The position numbers were made by a program, and so were the translations under genes. Of a stretch of DNA of 64,000 bases, positions 41,655 through 53,596 are shown piece by piece. The DNA is taken from contig CAWDVR010000001.1 in the NCBI GenBank assembly GCA_963805975.1, positions 128,001 through 192,000 of the forward strand. The letters are read 5' to 3'. A model generated the notes under the pieces. That model saw only the letters and a list, made by a program, of their open reading frames with translations. It had not been told where the DNA came from and made no database searches. Source of the DNA: an uncultured Acidobacteriota bacterium (GTDB lineage Bacteria > Acidobacteriota > Thermoanaerobaculia > Multivoradales > SZUA-115). The first letter of the stretch is position 1, and each line of letters starts with the position of its first letter.

Positions 41655-42248
41655 TTGCGTTCTTCCCAACTCCTCCGCCAGTTGCTTGTCTTGCTCGTCG
41701 TCGTGAGTGGCTGCGCGGCGTCGTGGGCGCGAGCCCAGGTGCCGGAGGGTAGCGGAAGGGCCGCGGTCAAGGTACAGCTTTCGGGCGCCGACGAGACCGT
41801 GGCGCTCGAGCGCCAGGCCGACGGCACCTACCGCTTCCTCCTCCAGCGCACGGATGGCGGCGTCGAGCCGCTGACGCCGGAGGCCTTTGCCGCCCGCGTC
41901 CACGGTGAGCAGGCGAGCCGCGGCTTCTGGCTGCGGCTGATGAACATCACCTCGCCCCTGGGGCTCGCCTGGGTCGCCCTCGGGCTCGCAGGGCAGGTGG
42001 TCTTCGCCGGCCGGATGATCGCCCAGTGGGTGGCGAGCGAAAGGCTCAAGCGCTCGGTGGTGCCGGACGTTTTCTGGTGGATGAGCCTTGCCGGCTCCTC
42101 GATGCTGATCGCCTATTTCGTCTGGCGCAAGGACTTGGTGGGCGTCCTCGGGCAGAGCACTGGCTGGCTCATCTACGTCCGAAACCTGTGGCTGATCCGC
42201 GCCCACCACGGCAGGCCTTCCCCGGAGACCGATTCCCTCCGGCCGTGA
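41655..42248 (+). CDS. Lipid A biosynthesis N-terminal (LAB_N) domain membrane protein
   Basis: W..LGLAGQVVF.GRM..QW.ASE..KRSVVP..FWWMSL.G, D.VGVLGQ..G..IYVRNL. Confidence 0.85.
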   Translation: MRSSQLLRQLLVLLVVVSGCAASWARAQVPEGSGRAAVKVQLSGADETVALERQADGTYRFLLQRTDGGVEPLTPEAFAARVHGEQASRGFWLRLMNITSPLGLAWVALGLAGQVVFAGRMIAQWVASERLKRSVVPDVFWWMSLAGSSMLIAYFVWRKDLVGVLGQSTGWLIYVRNLWLIRAHHGRPSPETDSLRP

Positions 42249-42282
42249 GTCTCCAGCCCCACTGTGCCAGAATGGCGCTCCT

Positions 42283-43686
<1,404 letters not shown>

Positions 43687-43695
43687 GAGCGAGAG

Positions 43696-43911
43696 ATGGA
43701 GCTTCCGGCCGAGGTTCTGATCCACAACGAGCTCCTGGGCTTGAAGGGAGGCCGCGGGACTCTGCTCCGCGTCAGCTCGACCGGCTACTACGAGGTGAAC
43801 TGCCGCTTCGGTGAGAAGTCCCACCGCGCCTACTTCCCGGTCTCGAGCACAGTGCTCATCGCGGCGCAGCCCGAGTTCGCCCCCGTCGAGCTGGACGAGA
43901 TCGAGAGATAA
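43696..43911 (+). CDS. Small hypothetical protein, 71 aa
   Basis: AGGAG RBS, coupled to the activator, host-like codons, beta-rich pattern with acidic tail. Confidence 0.7.
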   Translation: MELPAEVLIHNELLGLKGGRGTLLRVSSTGYYEVNCRFGEKSHRAYFPVSSTVLIAAQPEFAPVELDEIER

Positions 43912-46297
43912 GGGCCACCCCGGCCGTTCCCATCGTCCCCAGCGCCGTCAGCCCCCAGCCGAGCATCCAGGCCGCGGGCCTGTACTCCAGCCGCACCGTG
44001 TGCTCACCGGGCGGGCTCGAGAAACCGAGAAAGCCGCCGTTGACCCGTGCGGCCGGGATCTCCCGGCCGTCGAGCCGGGCCCGCCAGGCGCGGGCGAAGG
44101 CCACACTGGAGACGGCGATGCCACCGCTCGGGCTCGAGACCCGGAGCTCGAAGCCATTGGCCGTCAGGCGCTCGAGGGTGACCGTGCCGCTCTGCTCCGG
44201 AGGCGGAGCGGGCAAGTCGCGATTTCGTTCCCAGGTGCCCTCGGCGGCGAAGTCCTGGTTCCTCCAGAAGCTCTGCCGCGCGCCGGGGAGGGAGGTCGTC
44301 TCCCGCATGCGGGCCGGAAAGAAGAACAGCGGCAGCGCCGCGGGGTTCACCCAGGCCTGGGTGCCGCTGCCCCGCGCCAGGGGCTCCCAGGGCGGCGGCA
44401 GCTTCCGGAAGTTGGGGGTGAGCACGAACCCGATCCCGAGATAACGGTGGAGGGCGAGGTCGTAGCTCTTGCCTTGCAAGGTGGGCGCGGCCACGCCCGC
44501 CTTCGGATGGAGCCGCCGGTTCAAGAGCAGTGCGGCTTCGGCGGGGCGCATGGGGTCGTTGCCGCGTGCGTCCCACAGGCCGGTGTAGGCCGCCAGGTTG
44601 GGCAGGAGCTCCCAGCCCTCGGCGATCACCCGGCGCGCCTCTCCGCGCTCCGCCGCCGCTGCCGCACGCCCGAGGACGACCGGCAGCGGCGGCGGGGAGC
44701 CCAGGGCCGGGTGCGCCGGAAGTGTCGGGTTGTAGCGGGCCCCGAGGGTGAAGAGGTCGACCACCAGCGCCACGACGGCGACCTGGGGCCAGAAGCGCCG
44801 GGCCCGGAGGACGAGCAGCGTCGCGAGCCCGGCCCCGAGGCCGGCCAGGGCGAGGAGCCACCAGAGCCTCTGGAAATCGAAGCCCGCGCCGCGCGGCGCG
44901 GGCGGCACCGTGAGCGCGACCACGAGGCCGGCCAGCACCAGCGCCACGCCTGCGGCGATCCGCCCTTTGCGCTCGCCGGCGAGCCGGTCGAGGTGGAGAC
45001 CGGCCACCACTGCCAGGGCGAGCACCCACAAGAGCCGCAGGCGGCCGTGAGCGCCGTCGCCGATCAGCGGCAGGGCGCGCAGCAAGTCGAAGACGGGAGG
45101 CAGGCCGAGGCCGCCGGCGAGGGCCACCGCTCCGCCCGCCACCAGCAGCAGAGCCCGGCCGCGGAACGCCGCCGCCGCGGCCAGACCCAGCGCCAGGGCG
45201 AGCAGCCCACCGTAGGCCGAGGCATGCTCCTGGAAGTTCGTCGGGCCGGCGTAGTTGCCTTCCCGCGCGCTGCCGAAGGCGAGCGGGTTGGCCAGGGTCA
45301 GCAGGTGGCGAGCGGCGAAAGCCGGCGGGGCCACGCCGTCCGGGTGCCCGGCGAGGAGCATCGAGCGCTCACTCTCCGGCAACGCTTCGAGGACGGGCAG
45401 CAGGGCTGGAGCCGCGAGACAAAAGGCGAGGAACGCGGCCAAGAGCGCCTGCGTCACGAAGCGCCGGCGGTGCTGGCTCTCCGCCAGGCTCCAGGCGAGC
45501 GCCGGCACCACGCAGCCCGCCAGGAGCGCCCCGTGGGCCAGGGTCTCCGGGTGGCCGGAGAGGGCCATCGCCGTCGTACAGCAGACCAGGCCGATCACCG
45601 CACGCCTGGCCGGCCGGGAGCCGTCGCCCTCCTCCCGCAGCTCGTTGCGCAGCAGTACCAGGGCTGCCAGCACGCCGGGGAGCCACGCGGCCGTCATCCC
45701 CAGCGGGTAGTACAGCCAGGACACGGCGAAGGTGGAGAAGGCGTAGGCGATCGCGGCGATCGCCGCGCCCCAGGGCTCTCCACCCAGGGCGCACACCAGG
45801 AGGTGCATCAGCAGGAGCGCCGTCAGCACCTGCCAGGCGGCGGCCACGGTCATGGCGCGGAGCGGCGGCAGCGGCAGGGTGAGGAGATGGAACGGCGCGA
45901 GCGGCGCCGACTGCGCGTTGCCGAGGAGCGGCTGCCCGGTGCCGAGCTCGTGCGCCCAGAGCGGCGCTTCGCCCGCCAGCCAGCGCTCCCGCACCAGCGT
46001 GCGGAAAGGCAGCATCTGGAGCACCACGTCCGACAGCAGCGGGTTCTCCGGGCGCACCCGCCGGCCCTCGAGCTCCGCGCTCTTCGACCACGGCAGGAAC
46101 TGGAAGGCAATGTCCGTCGGCACCTGGTGCGCCGTGGTGGCGAGAGGGGCGGCAAAGAACGCGCAGGTCAGACCGAGATACCCGGCCGCAACCCTCCAGG
46201 ACAAGAGATCGCGACCGAGAGCGCGGGCCGCGACGACCAGCAGCGCCGCGCCGGCGAAGAACACCAACAGATCGGCGGCGACGGAGAGGTCGAACAA
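43856..46297 (-). CDS. YfhO-like GT-C membrane glycosyltransferase
   Basis: NPLLSDVVLQMLP, APLW....GTGQPLLGNAQSAP, LSGHPE, many TMs, WRA..DG...NGGF..G.H.V.LEYRP. Confidence 0.85.
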   Translation of the reverse strand: MFDLSVAADLLVFFAGAALLVVAARALGRDLLSWRVAAGYLGLTCAFFAAPLATTAHQVPTDIAFQFLPWSKSAELEGRRVRPENPLLSDVVLQMLPFRTLVRERWLAGEAPLWAHELGTGQPLLGNAQSAPLAPFHLLTLPLPPLRAMTVAAAWQVLTALLLMHLLVCALGGEPWGAAIAAIAYAFSTFAVSWLYYPLGMTAAWLPGVLAALVLLRNELREEGDGSRPARRAVIGLVCCTTAMALSGHPETLAHGALLAGCVVPALAWSLAESQHRRRFVTQALLAAFLAFCLAAPALLPVLEALPESERSMLLAGHPDGVAPPAFAARHLLTLANPLAFGSAREGNYAGPTNFQEHASAYGGLLALALGLAAAAAFRGRALLLVAGGAVALAGGLGLPPVFDLLRALPLIGDGAHGRLRLLWVLALAVVAGLHLDRLAGERKGRIAAGVALVLAGLVVALTVPPAPRGAGFDFQRLWWLLALAGLGAGLATLLVLRARRFWPQVAVVALVVDLFTLGARYNPTLPAHPALGSPPPLPVVLGRAAAAAERGEARRVIAEGWELLPNLAAYTGLWDARGNDPMRPAEAALLLNRRLHPKAGVAAPTLQGKSYDLALHRYLGIGFVLTPNFRKLPPPWEPLARGSGTQAWVNPAALPLFFFPARMRETTSLPGARQSFWRNQDFAAEGTWERNRDLPAPPPEQSGTVTLERLTANGFELRVSSPSGGIAVSSVAFARAWRARLDGREIPAARVNGGFLGFSSPPGEHTVRLEYRPAAWMLGWGLTALGTMGTAGVALISRSRPARRGRTRAAPR

Positions 46298-46335
46298 GTA
46301 GAGGCTCGTGCTGGCAGCCCGGCAAGTGACGCCTG

Positions 46336-46479
46336 CTAGCTGCGCCTCGCGATGGGCAGTCGCCAGTTCTCGAGGCGAAGGCCGTCGACCTGCTCGAACT
46401 CCCGAGTGTTGTCAGTAACCAACACCATGCCGAGGCAGAGAGCGTGGGCAGCGATGAGCAGGTCGTTGGGACCGATCAC
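46336..46479 (-). pseudogene. vapC: VapC (PIN) toxin C-terminal remnant
   Basis: IGPNDLLIAAHAL..LVTDNTREF..VDGLRLENW; N-terminal LDTN region absent. Confidence 0.8.
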
Positions 46480-46480
46480 C

Positions 46481-46693
46481 TTAACGCCCCTGCTCCGCAG
46501 GGTAGGGGAAGTTCGGGGCCGCGCCGGCCAAGCCCAAGAAATCCTCACTCCAGGTTCTGTGCACCGGCTCGACGATGACCCGCCGGCCCTGGCGGGAAAT
46601 GCGAACCTCGATCTGCCCCTCGAACCGGAATGCCTCGGGCAATCGGAGCGCTTGGCTGCCGCCGCTCTGGAAGAGTTTGGCTCGCTGACTCAT
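46481..46693 (-). CDS. vapB: VapB/AbrB-type antitoxin (C-terminus possibly altered by deletion)
   Basis: AKLFQSGGSQALRLPEAFRF..EV.I.RQG..VIVEP. Confidence 0.85.
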   Translation of the reverse strand: MSQRAKLFQSGGSQALRLPEAFRFEGQIEVRISRQGRRVIVEPVHRTWSEDFLGLAGAAPNFPYPAEQGR

Positions 46694-46833
46694 GCGCGCG
46701 ATCTCCGGGGCGCCAGGAGTGTATGTTTTCTGCAGCGATCCTGCCGTGACCCGGGCGACGATCGTAACCTATTCTGGCTCTGACGTTTGCAAGATCCATC
46801 TCGCCGTGCCGGCAGGTCCGTTCCCACCACCCA

Positions 46834-46859
46834 GATCCTTCGCTTCGCTCAGGATGACA
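46834..46859. repeat. Solo family A REP unit
   Basis: GATCCTTCGCTTCGCTCAGGATGACA. Confidence 0.8.
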
Positions 46860-47095
46860 TGGGGGGCGGAAGCGCCAGGATGACGCCAGGAGGATATCGA
46901 GCTTGGTGACCAGGTCCAGGTCTCCCGGCGAGAAGAAGTAGAAAGCCCCGGAGTGCGAGGTGAGAGGAGTCGTAAGCCCAAGGCCGCGCGATAGCGCTCT
47001 CTTCCCCAGACGACAGAGTGCTCGGCCACCGCATATCTGCATGATTGCAGTGGTCCTATATCGCGACTCACTTGTTCCAGGAAAGGCGTTGAGGT

Positions 47096-47836
47096 TTAGC
47101 CTCGGATCGCGTGCAGCATCTCCTCGACCGCGCCGGCCATGCCCAGCGCCACCGATCGCGAGATCAGCCAGTGGCCGATGTTGAGCTCCTCGACCTCGGG
47201 CAGGGCGGCGATGGGGCCTACGTTGCCGGCCGTGAGCCCGTGGCCGGCGAAGATCGCGAGACCGAGCTCACCGCCGCGCCGCGCCGCAGCCTCGACCTTG
47301 GCGAGCTCGACGGCGCGGGCGGCGCCGGTGGCGCGGGTGTAGGCGTCGGTGTTGATCTCGAAGCCGTGCACCGGGGCTTCGAGGCCCGCGAGGCGCTCGA
47401 TCTGGGCGAGATCGGGGTCGAGGAACAGCGAGACGTCGATGCCGGCGTCCGCCAGGCGATGGGCCGCGGCCGTGACCTCGGCCGCGCGGGCGGCGAGATC
47501 GAGCCCGCCCTCGGTGGTCACTTCCTCGGGCCGCTCGGGGACCAGCGAGACTTGATGAGGGTGCACGGCCAGGGCGAAGGCGACCATCTCTTCCGTCGCC
47601 GCCAGCTCGAGGTTGAGGCGGCCGCCGAGGGCGGAGCGCAGGCGTCGCACGTCGTCGTCCTGGATATGGCGCCGGTCGGCCCGCAGATGAACGGTGATGC
47701 CGCTCGCCCCGGCCCGCTCGGCCGAGAGCGCGGCCTCCACCGGGTCGGGATAGGAGGCGCGGCGCGCCTGGCGCAGCGTCGCCACGTGATCGACGTTGAC
47801 CTGCAACCGAACGGTCTTGGTATCCGCGAGGGTCAT
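47096..47836 (-). CDS. pdxJ: Pyridoxine 5'-phosphate synthase
   Basis: VNVDHVATLRQAR, ITVHLR.DRRHI, TTEGGLD, AGHGL, ELNIGH. Confidence 0.96.
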   Translation of the reverse strand: MTLADTKTVRLQVNVDHVATLRQARRASYPDPVEAALSAERAGASGITVHLRADRRHIQDDDVRRLRSALGGRLNLELAATEEMVAFALAVHPHQVSLVPERPEEVTTEGGLDLAARAAEVTAAAHRLADAGIDVSLFLDPDLAQIERLAGLEAPVHGFEINTDAYTRATGAARAVELAKVEAAARRGGELGLAIFAGHGLTAGNVGPIAALPEVEELNIGHWLISRSVALGMAGAVEEMLHAIRG

Positions 47837-49173
47837 GCCAGCGCTCCTTCGATCTCGCGCGCGATGTCGTCGGCCAGGGCCTCGATCGTCGCTTGCTCCG
47901 GGCCTTCGATCATGATGCGGGCCAGCGGCTCGGTGCCGCTGAAGCGCAGCACCAACCGGCCCTCACTGCCCAGGGCACGTTCCACGCGCTCGACGGCGGC
48001 GGCGACCCCGGGCAGATCCTCGAGGCGCTCCTTGCGGCGCACGCGGACGTTCTTGAGCACCTGCGGAAAGCGCTCGAAGGGCGCCAGCAGCACGGACAGG
48101 GGCGCTCTCTCGCGGGCTACCAGCCGAGCCATGTGGAGCGCCGTCAGCAGGCCGTCGCCGGTGGTCGACAGCCGCAGGTTGACGATGTGGCCGGACTGCT
48201 CGCCGCCCAGCACCAGGCCCTCGCGCTTGAGCGTCGCCACCACCTCGCGGTCGCCGACCCCGCAGCGCTCGACGCGGACACCCAGGCGGGCGAGCGCGCG
48301 CTCGAGGCCGAGGTTGGACATGCTGGTGGCCACCACGCGCCCGCCGTCGAGCGTGCCGGCGGCCTTCATGGCCCGCGCCCAGAGGTAGAGGATGGCGTCG
48401 CCGTCCCGCACTTCGCCGCGCTCGTCGACCAGGAGGGCGCGATCGGCGTCGCCGTCGAAGGCGATGCCGAGGTCGAAGCCCCCGCGGGTCAGCCGGGCCA
48501 GCGCCTCGGGGTGGGTCGAGCCGCAGCCGCGGTTGATGTTGGTGCCGTCCGGCTGGTCGCCGATCACCGCGACCTCGGCGCCGGCGCGGGTGAAGAGCTC
48601 GGCCGCGAACGGCGCCGCCGCGCCGTGGGCGGCATCGAGCGCCACCTTGAGGCCGGCGAGCGGCAGCTCCCCGGCAAGCGTGGCGAGCAGGCCCTCGACG
48701 TACATCTCGGCGAGCGGCACCTGGGGAATCGGCAGCTCCCTCTCCCGCTCGGGCGCGACGCCGGCCGCGAGCATCCGCTCCTCGAGCGCCGCCTCGCGCT
48801 CCGGGCTCCACTTGAAGCCTTCGGCGTCGATCAGCTTGATGCCGTTGTCGGGATAGGGATTGTGGCTCGCCGAGACGGCGATGCCGGTGGCGGTGCCCAG
48901 GGCCATGGTCAGCCAGGCGATGGCCGGCGTGGGCAGCATCCCGCCGTAGAGGACGCCGGCGCCGCCCGCCGCCAGCCCGTCGGCCAGCCAGGCGCAGAGC
49001 GTGGGCGTCGAGTCGCGGGTGTCGCCGCCCAGGAGCACCCGCCGGCCGCCACCCCTGGCCCGGAGCTCGGCACCCAGGGCGGCACCCAGGGCGGTGACCG
49101 TGCCGCGGTCGAGCGGCGGCTCGCCGAACACCCCGCGCATGCCGTCGGTGCCGAAGAGCCGTGGCGCCGTCAC
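47833..49173 (-). CDS. glmM: Phosphoglucosamine mutase
   Basis: LFGTDG.RG, SASHNP, AFDGDADR, GGEQSGH, R.SGTEPL.R. Confidence 0.96.
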   Translation of the reverse strand: MTAPRLFGTDGMRGVFGEPPLDRGTVTALGAALGAELRARGGGRRVLLGGDTRDSTPTLCAWLADGLAAGGAGVLYGGMLPTPAIAWLTMALGTATGIAVSASHNPYPDNGIKLIDAEGFKWSPEREAALEERMLAAGVAPERERELPIPQVPLAEMYVEGLLATLAGELPLAGLKVALDAAHGAAAPFAAELFTRAGAEVAVIGDQPDGTNINRGCGSTHPEALARLTRGGFDLGIAFDGDADRALLVDERGEVRDGDAILYLWARAMKAAGTLDGGRVVATSMSNLGLERALARLGVRVERCGVGDREVVATLKREGLVLGGEQSGHIVNLRLSTTGDGLLTALHMARLVARERAPLSVLLAPFERFPQVLKNVRVRRKERLEDLPGVAAAVERVERALGSEGRLVLRFSGTEPLARIMIEGPEQATIEALADDIAREIEGALA

Positions 49174-49847
49174 CCGTCCCCCCCGCGATTGGCCCCCGAG
49201 GCCGGCTGCTCGAGCACCACCTGCACGGTGACGCTGGCCGGCTCGACGACGCGGATCAGGGGGTCCGAGGTCACCAGCGGCACCTCGCGCTCGAAGGTGA
49301 AGGCGTGGCCGTCGAGGCTCACCTTGGCGGTCTCGACGCGCCGTACCGAGCGCAGGAGGGTGCTGGGGCCGGCGAGCGTGGCCCGCGGCGGGTCGGCGGT
49401 CTTGCGCACCACCAGGGCGCCGGCCGCCGGCTCGCCGGCGAGCTCGATCGCGACCGGCACCTGTTTCTCCTGTTCGGTGTCGAGGATCAAAGGCAGCACC
49501 TCGGGCTCGATCGAAACCACCGACAGGTTGTCCGAGGGCAGCACGACGTTGTCCGCGGTCAGGGTCACCCGCACCTCGCCGCTGCGCCCGGCCGGCACGT
49601 CGACCAGCACGTCGACGTCGAAGGGCCGCAGGCGGCGGATCTCGCGGTTCCTGCCGCGCACCAGCACCCGCACCGCGGCCACGCGGTCGAGCACCACCAC
49701 CCGCTTCGGGGTGTTGTAGGTGACGCTGGTCTCCACCGTTTTCTCGGAGAGCAGCTCGCGCTTGTCGGCGACGATGACGTACCACAGCGCCACGGCGATG
49801 AAGAGCGCCGTCACGCGGTAGAGCCAGCGGCTCGACGGGAACTTCAC
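49170..49847 (-). CDS. cdaR: CdaR/YbbR-like regulator of diadenylate cyclase
   Basis: N-terminal TM (ALFIAVALWY), YbbR-like repeats, lies between cdaA and glmM. Confidence 0.85.
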   Translation of the reverse strand: MKFPSSRWLYRVTALFIAVALWYVIVADKRELLSEKTVETSVTYNTPKRVVVLDRVAAVRVLVRGRNREIRRLRPFDVDVLVDVPAGRSGEVRVTLTADNVVLPSDNLSVVSIEPEVLPLILDTEQEKQVPVAIELAGEPAAGALVVRKTADPPRATLAGPSTLLRSVRRVETAKVSLDGHAFTFEREVPLVTSDPLIRVVEPASVTVQVVLEQPASGANRGGDG

Positions 49848-49857
49848 GCCGCCCTCG

Positions 49858-50649
49858 TCATGCGCTTCTGGGCGGCGCGTGGAGGTCGGCCACCAGCAGC
49901 TTGTGGAGCTGGTTGAGGAGCGCCTTGGCGTCGAGGTCGCGGACCAGCTTGCCGTCGTGGGCGAGCGAGATGATGCCGGTCTCCTCGGAGACCACGATCG
50001 CCACCGCGTCGCTCTCCTCGCTGATCCCCAGCGCGGCGCGGTGGCGGGTGCCGAAGTCCTTCGACAGCTCGGGGTTCAAGGTCAGCGGCAGGAAGCAGGC
50101 GGCGGCGGCGATGCGGTCGCCCTGGACGATCACCGCGCCGTCGTGGAGCGGCGCGTCCGGGCTGAAGAGGTTGATCAGCAGGTCGTAGGACAGCTTGGCG
50201 TCGAGCTCGATGCCGTTCTCGATCGTGCCGCGCAGGCCGTCCAGCCGTTCGATGACGATCAACGCTCCCACCCGGCGCGAAGCGAGCGCGGTGGCCGCGA
50301 CCGCGAACTCGTTGAGCGTCGAGGCGGTCTGCTTGAGCGGTGCCAGGCCCCAGAAGGTGCGGCGGCCGAAGTCCGCCAGCGCGCGGCGCATCTCCTGCTG
50401 GAAGAGCACGATGGCGGCGAAGGGCAGGAGCAGCAGCAGGTTGTAGAGAATGGTCTGCAGGGCCTCGAGCCGCGCCAGCCGCGCCCCGTAGTACACCAGA
50501 CCGACGAGCAGCAAGCCGGTGACGATCTGCGCCGCCCGGGTGCCGCGGATCAACTGCAGCAGATAGAAGACGATCACCGCCACCGCCAGCACGTCGAGCA
50601 CGTCGCGCCAGGTGACGAGCTGGGAGAGCTGTTCGAAAGTGAGGCTCAC
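49858..50649 (-). CDS. cdaA: Diadenylate cyclase
   Basis: Three TMs, VLFQQEMRRAL, PLHDGA, GTRHRAA, VSEETG. Confidence 0.95.
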   Translation of the reverse strand: MSLTFEQLSQLVTWRDVLDVLAVAVIVFYLLQLIRGTRAAQIVTGLLLVGLVYYGARLARLEALQTILYNLLLLLPFAAIVLFQQEMRRALADFGRRTFWGLAPLKQTASTLNEFAVAATALASRRVGALIVIERLDGLRGTIENGIELDAKLSYDLLINLFSPDAPLHDGAVIVQGDRIAAAACFLPLTLNPELSKDFGTRHRAALGISEESDAVAIVVSEETGIISLAHDGKLVRDLDAKALLNQLHKLLVADLHAPPRSA

Positions 50650-51575
50650 GCGGCCTCCATCACCGGGGCAGGCGGGGACGCGGCCCGAGCCACGGCCCGC
50701 CAGACGGCGAGGAAGCGCACGGTGTCCGCCACGTCGTGGACGCGCACCATCGCCGCGCCGTGGTGCGCGGCCCAGGCCACCGCGGCGAGGCTCCCCGCCA
50801 GGCGGTCGCCGGGCGGCGCGCCGCCGGTCAGGTGGCCGATGAAGCTCTTGCGGCTGGCGCCCACCAGCACCGGCAGGCCGGGCGGCGCCAGCGTGTCGAG
50901 GTGGGCGAGGAGCGCCAGGTTGTGGGTGTAGGTCTTGCCGAAGCCGATGCCGGGGTCGACCACCAGTTGCGCGCGGGCCACCCCCAGCGAGACCGCGCGC
51001 TCGACCGCCTGCTCGAGCGCGGACCGCACCTCGCCCAGGAGGTCCTCGTAGTGGATCTCCTTCTGCATGCTGGAGAGATCGCCGCGGCTGTGCATCAGGA
51101 CGAGCGGGCAGCCGGCCTCGGCGACGGCGCGCCCCACCTCGGGGTCGGCGAGCGCGGCGACGTCGTTCACCAGGTCGGCGCCGGCCGCCAGGGCCTCCCG
51201 CGCCACGCGGCCCTTGCGAGTGTCGACGGAAAGCGGGGCGCCGGTCGCGGTGCGCAGCCGCCGCAGCACCGGCAGCAGGCGCGCCAGCTCTTCCTCTGCC
51301 GGCACCTCCCGCGCCCCGGCGCCGTAGACGCCGCCGCCCGGGCGCGTGGACTCGGCGCCCAGGTCGAGCAGGTCCGCGCCCTCTTCGAGCATCGCCAGGC
51401 CGCGCTCCACGGCCCGGCCCGGATCGAGCCATGCGCCGCCGTCGGAGAAGGAGTCGGGGGTGAGGTTCAGGACGCCCATCACCCGCGGGCCCTCCGCCAG
51501 CTCGAGCCGGCGGTCGCCGGGAAGTGCGAGGTGGCGGGGCGGGGCGGGGGAGCCGGCAGAGGTCGAAAGACTCAT
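50646..51575 (-). CDS. folP: Dihydropteroate synthase
   Basis: MGVLNLTPDSFSDGG, GAESTRPG, DPGIGFGK, GASRKSF, VRVHDV. Confidence 0.97.
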   Translation of the reverse strand: MSLSTSAGSPAPPRHLALPGDRRLELAEGPRVMGVLNLTPDSFSDGGAWLDPGRAVERGLAMLEEGADLLDLGAESTRPGGGVYGAGAREVPAEEELARLLPVLRRLRTATGAPLSVDTRKGRVAREALAAGADLVNDVAALADPEVGRAVAEAGCPLVLMHSRGDLSSMQKEIHYEDLLGEVRSALEQAVERAVSLGVARAQLVVDPGIGFGKTYTHNLALLAHLDTLAPPGLPVLVGASRKSFIGHLTGGAPPGDRLAGSLAAVAWAAHHGAAMVRVHDVADTVRFLAVWRAVARAASPPAPVMEAA

Positions 51576-51587
51576 CCGCCAGTAAGC

Positions 51588-53513
<1,926 letters not shown>

Positions 53514-53596
53514 CGGTGTTCTTCCTCTCTGCCCAGTCGCGATCTAAGCTCGAGTCGCGGTCTAACGGACCAACAAAAAACGCCGGCTCACGATTC

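Noticed and set aside
46545-47071. ORFs 46545..47042 and 46769..47071
   Set aside because: They read through the solo REP (CHPERSEGS, VILSEAKDL) and have no other protein-like signal; probably non-coding or a remnant.
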